Position numbers and translations under genes: made by a program
Notes under the pieces: generated by a model
Databases searched by the model: none
What the model was told of the DNA's origin: nothing
The model's input: the letters and a program-made list of their open reading frames with translations, nothing else
Shown: in pieces, positions 55,978 through 64,000 of the stretch
How the letters are laid out: every line of letters starts with the position of its first letter
Numbering within the stretch: the stretch's first letter is position 1
Origin: Phaeosaccion multiseriatum
Lineage: Eukaryota; Protista; Ochrophyta, other classes
Direction: 5' to 3'
Assembly: GCA_965112735.1 (NCBI GenBank)
Contig: OZ218950.1
Span: 1,860,001-1,924,000 of the forward strand
DNA length: 64,000 nt

Positions 55978-56212
55978 TTGCTGCATAAGAAGAAGAAGAG
56001 AAATCTTTGAATATGTCAACAATTTCCTTACGTAATCTAATGAATGTGTGATGATACATTCCTTTCCCCCCTTCTCAACCGCAGTTCTGGTCCCTTCGAG
56101 GGCCCCGGAGACACAGAGACACATGCACACGCACACATACACACACACACACGCACACACCCACAATCACACTTTCAGTATGTGATTCCCAAAAAGTTAA
56201 TAAGTCCAGATA

Positions 56213-59200
56213 CTACGCCGACATCTCCTCTCCCGCTCCATCTCCATTTCCCTCCCCTCCTCCTGCTGCCTCCACACGCTCCTCTGCCGCCTGCCGATAC
56301 TTCCTCCCCAGCTTGTCGATCTCTCGCTCCGCGATGGCCACAGCGGCGGCCACGCTCCCATCCCGAGATTGGTGCGGTCCCTCCCTCTGGCCGACAGCAG
56401 CAGCAGCAGCACCTACCCCACCAGTAGTAGCTCTACTACTCCCACTCCTACTCGTACCACCAACACCCCCACTACTGCCTCGCACCCCCTGCGACTGATC
56501 AGCTCTTCTGCCACCCCTCCTCCGCCTCGGGCGTGTCCAACCAGAGAAGGTCGGCGAGAGCTCCAGCTGCCCTTCCTCATCCTCATCGTCCTCGTCGCTG
56601 TCCGAGGAGCTTCCAAAGGACGACGTTGGAGCCGGAGCCAATCCGGCGTCACCACCACCACCACTACCACCAGCACGACGTCTGCGACGAGATACGGATG
56701 TTCTAGCACGGGAAGAAGCACAAGAAGAAGAAGACGAGGAGGAGAGAGCGGCGGAGGTCGATCGCCGCCCCGCAGCAGCAACAAGCCCCTGCCCCAGCTC
56801 GCCTAACTCCATCCGGCCGCGGTGGTGGGAGTGGGACACTGTGGTGCTGTTGACCCCGGTCCCTCCTCCTCGCTCCCACCCGCGAGCCGCAGCCGGGGAG
56901 GCCTCTCCAGGCTCGATGCTGGACTCTGAGAGGGAGCAAGCCCTGCCTTCTCCTTGGCTGAGCTGATGATCCTCCTCCTCCTCCTCCTCCTCCTCCTCCT
57001 CCTCCTCCTCCTCCTCCTCCTCCTCCTCCTCCTCCTCTCCGCCACCGCGGCGGCCAGCGGGAGGAGAGAGCCGTGGAACGAAGCCTATTCGGGCGTAGCG
57101 CTGCTCCAGAGAGGGAGGGGCCATTGCGGCCGCTCCTGCTGTTGCTGCTTCAGTTGGTGCGCCGGTTGATGCACCTGGCTGCGCCATTTGCAAGTGGGGT
57201 GGAGCCATCTCCCCATCCTCCACAACGTGTCTCCCACCCGGAGAGAGCACCACCTCCTCCCCATCGCTGAGGACACCCTCTCCTACATCAATGCGGCCCT
57301 CAGACCAAAGAGAACCAGAGACAGAAGCAACAGCAGCAGCATCAGCAGCAGCATCAGCAGGCGGTACACCGTCCACCCCGCCCGCCCCGTGCGCTGCCAT
57401 AGACCGGGCCAAGCTACTGAGGTCGAGGAACGGCAGCTCCCGGCTGCTCTTCCGCCCGTTATCGTCATCGTCATCGCTCCTTCCGCTGGAAGAAGTACCG
57501 CTGCTGTCTACTGCCGCCTCCCTCTGCTCTCTCATCCTCCCCTCCCTTGCCGCCGCGAGCCTGAGCCGCTGCTGTTCCTCCTGCAACGCGCTAGCCTGCT
57601 CACCGAGCTCCGCTGCCACCTGCTGCAAGCGCTCCTCCCGAGCACTTGCCTCGGCAAAGCCCTCCTCCATCCTCCTCACCATGCGCTTCTCATGTTGCGC
57701 TACCCTCTCCCCCAAATGGCGAGTACGCTCCGCGGCCTGAACAGCATAGACCTTGGCTTCTTGTGCTGTGGTGGTGACACGACCGTCCATGTCAGCCACC
57801 CTCTCGCCGATGGACAAGACGGCGGCAGTCAACGCTGCCGTAAAGGAACTACTCGCATCACCATCACTGCGACCCTCGTGCTCGTGCGGTGGCGGTTGCT
57901 GTACTTCCACGTGTATCGTCGGGGCGGGTAGTGGTCCCACCATGGCCCCCACCGCTGCCGCTGCTGCCGCCGCTGCTGCCGCTGCCGTTGCTGCTACTCC
58001 TCCTGCTGCTGGCGCCTCTGCCTCTGCCTCTTGCTCTTCCTGACGGCGCTGCTGGTGCCGCAGCTGCAGCGCACGCGCCCGCGCCTCTCTACGCGCTCGG
58101 TCCTGCAGTTCCAATGACGCCCTTCGCAGCTGCTCCTCCCCTTCCTGCTGTGAGCCCCGCGAGCACCCACCCTCTGCCTCCTCGAGCACCTGTCTCACGC
58201 TCTTGGGGCTCCCTCTTTCCACCCTCGTCCTCGCCTCCGCCTCAACTCCGTCCTCTGCTGCTTCTTCACCCTCCTCGCCCCCATGCCGACGAATCGCAAG
58301 CACCATGTGCTCCTCCCCTGCAGCAGAGGCAGGATGGCAGTGGATGGCCTCCACCACCTCCTCGGATTGCTTCCCTTCCCCTTCTCTTTCTTGTCTTCCA
58401 TCCGCCCCTTCTGACGTCATCATGGGCATCATGGGTAGCGAGCGCCATTGTCGCCCACCGTGCAGTACTCTCGCGAGGCTTGTACGGTAGCGGTGCGGAG
58501 GGTCGCGCGGGCAAGAGTCAGACGCCGACGCCTTCTCCTTCGCCCTTTCCTCGGTTGCCGCCTCTTGCTTCTCATCCTCCCCCTCAACTCTACTCTCGTC
58601 ATCCCCCTTGCCTGCTGGTGGTGGCTCCTCCTCCTTCTGCGGCTGCTGTACCACCAACTGCTGTGGCGCCGCCTGCAACAGAAGGTGCCTCTGTAACAGC
58701 TCCTGCTGTGCTAAGCGCAGCTCCATTCGTTCCTCCGCTGATGCTCTGTGCTGCTCTGTCATGAGCTCTTTCATCCAGCGAAGCATCTCTCCGGTTGCAT
58801 TTACATCATCCTCTCCCCCCCGTGCTGGTGCTGCTGCCCCCGCCGCCGCTGGCTTTGCTTGAGGCGAGTCCTCGGTCTCTTTCCCAGCCCCCTTCTCCTG
58901 CTCCTCCTTCTCCTCCTTCTCCTCCTTCTCATCCTCCTCCGCCTTTTCCTGAGGCTGCTCTTGCTCGTCCTCCTCCTGCCTTTGAGCGCGGAGTGCCATG
59001 AGACCGGCGAGACGCAGCCACTGATGACTCTCGAGCATGGTCGTTCCTGCCGCACACCCATCCAGATTGAGTGTCTCTCCTGTTGCCCCACCACCAGCAT
59101 GGAAAGCCGTCGCCGACGGAGGACGTGTGGTAGTTATCGCCTCAAGGTGCCCCCCCTTCGCCCCCCGCACGTCGGCCCCTCCTCTCCCTTCGAGGATGAT

Positions 59201-62051
59201 GGCCCCCTTTGTTCGCAGCTCTTGAAACCGCTCCGTATGCTGTCTCAAGGCCCGCTCTTCCCGATCCTCCACTTCCTCTACGCCGAGACTGCTTCCTTCA
59301 TCACTCACTCTCTCCTCGTCATGGTCATAAACATCACCTTGCGCCGCAGCAGCCGAGCCCCAAGCACGAGTCACAGTGCTCGCTGCTGCTGCTGCTGCTG
59401 CCGCTGCTGCGGTATCACCAACTGCCGCACCACCTGCCTTGGTCGAGACAGGCACAACCTTGTACCACTCCCTCTCGTCCTCGTCCTCCACCTCCTCCTC
59501 AGCAGAGAGGTCGGCTTGTTGCGGCCTCACATGCACGGGATGGTGACGCACTACACCCCCTTTTCCTCCTCCACCCGCCCCTCCCTCGCCCCGCTCCCCG
59601 GCAGCATACATGAACGCGTCCTCCGTCGTCACCAGCTTTCCTCTCTCCCTTTCGCGAAGGGCCTCAAACTCGCTCCTCACCTCCCGCCGAAGCCCATCCA
59701 TGGACTGCCTCACTTCACTTTGTTCTCTGGCGAGCTCCCCGACCTTCCTGGCGGTCACCCGGCTCTCTGCTGCCACCCCTGCTCCTCCGCCCCTCCTCGC
59801 TCGCTTGGTGGCCGCTGTCGCCCCCCCTGCCGCCCTACGCGGGTTGTCGATGCGATATCGGCTGGCAAGATTCCTCAATTCTTGTGGAAGAACGTGCGAT
59901 TGGCGCTGACGGGGCACCACCTGACCTGAAGCGTCAGTGCGGTAGAGTGCCTTCGCAGTGCTGGTGGTGCTGGTGGTGGAGGAGGAGGAACCAACAGGCT
60001 GCCTTGCTGTATGGGCAACTGCCGTGGCTGCTCCTGCTGCTCTGGTAGCCTCCCCTTTGCGGCCCACCATGGGCGCTTCTTCCCCGAAGCGCGGTACGTG
60101 CAGAGGAGCAGTCCAGTCTACAGTGCTCTCCCCTTGACCCTGCCCTTGGCCTTGGCCGCCCACACTAGTATTCGTCCTGTGGTGCGGCTGGAGGCTCCTA
60201 CTAGTGCCAGTGTTATTTACGAGTTGCTTCCCCTGCCGGAGCAGCAGTATCCGCTGCTGCCGAGCGGTTAGGCGAGCGGTTAGGTGGGGCCTGGCTGTCG
60301 CTAATGTCGTGTCCTTGGGGCCATTGTTGTACCTTGCCGTCCCCGTCTGCAAGCCAAAGAGCAGCGTCTGAGTAGCAGCGGCAGCGTCGCCCTCGTCGTC
60401 GTCATAGCTGCCGAGCCCCTCCACTTCATTGCCGAATCCTCCTCCTCCTCCTCCTCCTCCTCCTCCTCCTCCTCCTCCTCCTCCCCCTCCTCCTCCGATT
60501 GCTGCCGTTGCGCTGCCATTGCTACTGCCACTCCCATCCCGCCTCCTCCTCTTGGAAGGCAATCGATAGCTGCCTGTAGCCACACTCCGGTCCAGCGAAA
60601 TCTTCTCCTCTCTCAGCTCCTCCATTTCACGCCGGATTCGGTCCAGATTCGCCCCTCCCCTCCCCTCCGACCGCGCACCAGCTGCTGTATCACCAACTGC
60701 CGCGTCTCCATCCCTCGCCTGCTGCTGCTGCCGCCGCTCGTGCTGCGAGTAGGTGTGGGGGCCGAGGGAGAGCGGGTGCCTGCTCAGCTGGTGCGCGTAG
60801 TCTGAGGCGGCATGCATGACTCCCATAGGGGCCTGCGCGGCCAGGTCGTTTAGCTCCCTGGTGTCAGGACGGGGGAGATGACAGGAGGAAACATGAAGGA
60901 GCACACAGGGGCAAAGCAAAGCAGAACATCCCAAGGGAGACAGGGAGGCCGGGGAGACCATGAGGAGGTATATGGGGGTACTGCGTGGACCTCGCGTCTG
61001 CAAGCGCAAGGTCAATCCAGGCTATCGTAGCAGCGGCAAAAGCAGCCGCATTTGCTCCTACAGCAGGCGTTTTGTGGTCGCACCTGTAGCCTTCGACGAG
61101 ATGCTTTACTCTGCTGTTGAGATCCTGGGCCATGTTTTCTGTGTGGCTCTGCACCTGGGCGAGGTGTGCAGCCATGGTGGGCACCGCCTGCAGCAGCTGC
61201 TCGTACTCGCTGATGACCTGCTCGGCCATTCCGAGAGGGGCTGGTGCTGGTGCTGGTGGTTGTGTTGGTGCTGCTGTTTGTACCCCTCCCACGAACTCCG
61301 CCCCCCGCTGTGGAGCAGCGCGGACTGCCGTTGCCGTCGAAGGGGGCGCCGGGGGGGAAGGAGGAGAAGCGGCGGTGGAGATAGGCGATGGAATCTCCTC
61401 TTGTCCGTCTCTGCTGTCTTTATCTCTCCCCCCTCCTTGGCGGTTCTCGCTGCCGGCTTTCTCGCCGCCTCGCTGGCCAGCAGCGCTGGGTATCTTCGTC
61501 GCAGAGGCCCTTCCTTTTCCTCCCGCAGCGGAAGAAGGAGGAGAAGCAGCGGCAGCAGAAGTCGCAGGTCTCATCTGCTTAGCCGGTGCTGTTGTTGTTG
61601 CAGCGGGAGGAAAAGGAAGGGCCTCTGCGGCAGCAGAAGTCGCAGGTCTCATCTGCTTAGCCGGTGCTGTTGTTGTTGCGGCTGTGCAACTCTTCGTACT
61701 GTGGGCCTGCAGCTGCCGCCGACTGGGTGTCAAGCCCCCCCCCCTCCCTGCCCTAGCCCCTCCAGCACCTCTCGGCGCTGGGGTAGAGCTCGCCCTCTGC
61801 GATGCCGATTGAGGCACATGCTTTGAGACATCTGGTGGCCGGGTCCGCCGCAATTTATCGTGCTGCCCCCGCTGCTGAGGCTGGTGCTGAGGCTGTTGGT
61901 GCTGCTGCTGTTGCTGTCGCTGCTCCTGAAGCGGACTTCTCTTCGCCGGCCTGGGAGGGACGACGAGAGGCGTTCCTGTGCCGATCACAACGGGAGGGTT
62001 AATCACCCTCCCGCTCAGCCGCCTTCCCCCAAGCCCTGGAGTAGCACTCAT
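56213..62051 (-). CDS. Large low-complexity / coiled-coil protein of unknown function; exons ~62051-61084, 60857-56213
   Basis: A 4.6-kb open frame plus an upstream ORF joined in frame by a GT..CAG intron (61083-60858: GYR/ELND). No domain was recognised. Confidence 0.7.
61549..61679. repeat. ~53-bp direct duplication within coding sequence (ATTTAPAKQMRPATSAAA x2)
   Basis: Copies at ~61549-61601 and ~61627-61679. Confidence 0.85.
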
Positions 62052-62323
62052 CACTGGCGGTTGGGAATGGACTTTCACTCCCAAAGATCCCCCCCCGGCG
62101 GCTGCTGCTCCTCTCCCTCACGCTTCTCCTGCCCCCTCCCCTCCCTCTCTTGTCCCCGCCTCCCTTGCCCCTGGAGGCTGCTGCCCAACGCTCATCGGCT
62201 GCCCTCTTTTCTCTGAAATGTAAAGATCGATGACAGCGATGTAAGTCGAACACATGTCAACAAAATCCGATCTGAAACTCAAACTGGCGTAACTGTGGCT
62301 CAACTTGTCCTTGCTCAAGGAAC

Positions 62324-63282
62324 ATGGCTGCAGGGGGGTGCGCGACGGGGGGGGGGCTGAGCCATACAGATCAGAAGGAGGAGCGGCAGAAGCAGCCGGC
62401 TGAGGGTGCTCCGTCGAGTGCGTCTTCTCGTGTCCTGAGCAGCACGAGGTCTCCCGCCCCATCCACCCGTGCTACTCGTGTCAGGGCGATGCTTGGCACG
62501 GGCCTCTCCTCCGACGTCCCCAGAGCCGTGGACGAGCGTGCTACTCTGAAGATCGACGAGGTTTTCCTGCCGCAGAGTGTCCGCGAGGGGCCGCCGGAGA
62601 AAGGCAGGGGGTCGAAGAACAAGGTGTTCGATCTCAAAGGCGCGCTTGCTAAAGGCATGGGCATTCGACCTTGGAGGCTTGCAACAACGCACAAGGTATG
62701 ATTTAGCATTGGCCTCGTGGTGTTCTCTCGAGTCAGCGTCCGCTTTTCCCGCAAGTTGTTGTATTGTGGTGTCCTCCACTGACCTATTCTCCCCCCACCC
62801 ACCCACACCCCTGTACCTACCTAATACAGGCGGCATTGAAGCCCTATACCACAATGAAGCAGGAGAAGGACAAAAGGGACTACGTTGCTGTGCAGAGCGT
62901 GGGTCACGGGTCGAATTACGGTCGCCATAGACGCCCTCATCCTCCCGCCTCCTCTGCTCGGCACCACCACCATGGCAATCACAATCGGGCGCGAAAAAAC
63001 AGAGGGCACTCGAGAGACAGCCGACGATCCAGGGCGTCATCTGCAGGGGGAGTGGTAGCTGTGAGAGGCGCAGTGGGAGAAGGAGGGGCGAAGAAAGTAG
63101 AGGACGCTGAAGAGAAGAAGCAGCGGCGGCCGGAGACGGCTGACAAGGAAGAGGGTGAGCAGGAGGTACCACTGGAGCAGAAGGCTTCAGTGAGCACAGA
63201 AGCACAAATGGAGGGTGATGACGAGAGGAGCATTGGAAAGGAGTTGAGCGACAGCGAAACGGAGGAGCAAGAAAGCAGCAGC

Positions 63283-63346
<64 letters not shown>

Positions 63347-64000
63347 ATGAGGATGATGAGGAAGATGAGGAAGATGACGAAGATGACGAAGATGAAGAGG
63401 ACTATGCGTTGTCTAGTGCCAACCGCGATAGCAATACCCAAATCGACTGCGAGGCCGATGAAGGACGTGGTGCGGAGGGAGACGACGACCCAAGCACGGT
63501 GTCAGCAGGGGAAGGCGCCATTCGGGAGGGCGGGCGTGAAGTTGACGAGGAGGGGCCAGTCGAGTCTTTGGGAGAGGGAGAATATGCCTCTCCCTCACTC
63601 GGGACTCAAGAGATAGTGATTGTGGGAGGAGGAGGAGGAGGAGAAGGACGAGACGGAGGAGGAGGAGAGAGAGAAGGAGGAGGAGGAGGAGGAGCGAGAG
63701 AAGAAGGAGGAGGAGGGGGAGGAGGGTTGGCAGGAGGAAGAAGAGAAGGAGAGGGAGGGGGAGAAGAAGAAGGAGGAGGAGGAAGAGGAGGAGGAGAAGG
63801 AGGAGGAGGAGGAAGAGGAGGAGGAGGAGGAGGAGGAGGAGGAGGAGGAGGAGGAGGAGGAGGAGGAGGAGGAGGAGTAGGAGTAGGAGTAGGAGTAGGA
63901 GGAGGAGGATGCGGAGGAAGAGAAGGAGAGGGAGAAGGAGGAAAGCCGGGGGGAAGACACGGCGACGAGATGATCGCAGGCGCGGAGGCTAGCAAACCGA
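62324..64000 (+). CDS. 5' part of an unknown low-complexity protein, divergent from the previous gene; runs off the window
   Basis: Exon 62324-62694, intron GTATGA..TACAG (~62695-62829), then an open frame AALKPYTTMKQEK..poly-S, D/E, poly-G with no stop before 64000. Confidence 0.6.

Noticed and set aside
63877-63900. Repeated TAG codons in a poly-Glu frame suggesting stop-codon reassignment
   Set aside because: The likely coding frame here is the Gly-rich one (GGA GTA), which stays open; other genes in the window end at TAG normally.

Overview
Eukaryotic nuclear DNA: GC-rich, intron-dense and very microsatellite-rich. It is most likely from a photosynthetic stramenopile (ochrophyte), judged from the signal peptide plus 'AFAP' plastid-targeting motif on a class II aldolase and from a bZIP-PAS factor. 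The first ~9 kb is an accessory, TE-rich zone. Its centrepiece is an apparently intact Fanzor2 (IS607/TnpB-derived RNA-guided nuclease) on the minus strand. This gene is split by a canonical 116-nt GT-AG intron, which is why the ORF track shows two pieces. It is followed by a highly structured ~200-nt omegaRNA-like region ending in TTTCAGG and a putative guide. The Fanzor has no IS607 serine recombinase next to it. It lies between two inverted ends of a TIR-element family and downstream of a decayed transposase-like/PHD-finger gene. BTB-like and HECT gene fragments are nearby. The rest of the window holds host genes: RAD50, an intronless ankyrin-like repeat gene, SNM1/PSO2, bZIP-PAS, a DEAD-box helicase, a head-to-head plastid pair (3-dehydroquinate synthase / class II FBA), a Tim17-like gene, a 528-bp MITE with a 6-bp TSD, FIG4 phosphatase and two low-complexity unknown genes. 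Two short motifs (GTTGGTGATAC and GGATGGCAGT) are strongly over-represented across exons and introns. All protein assignments come from motif recognition by eye; no searches were run.
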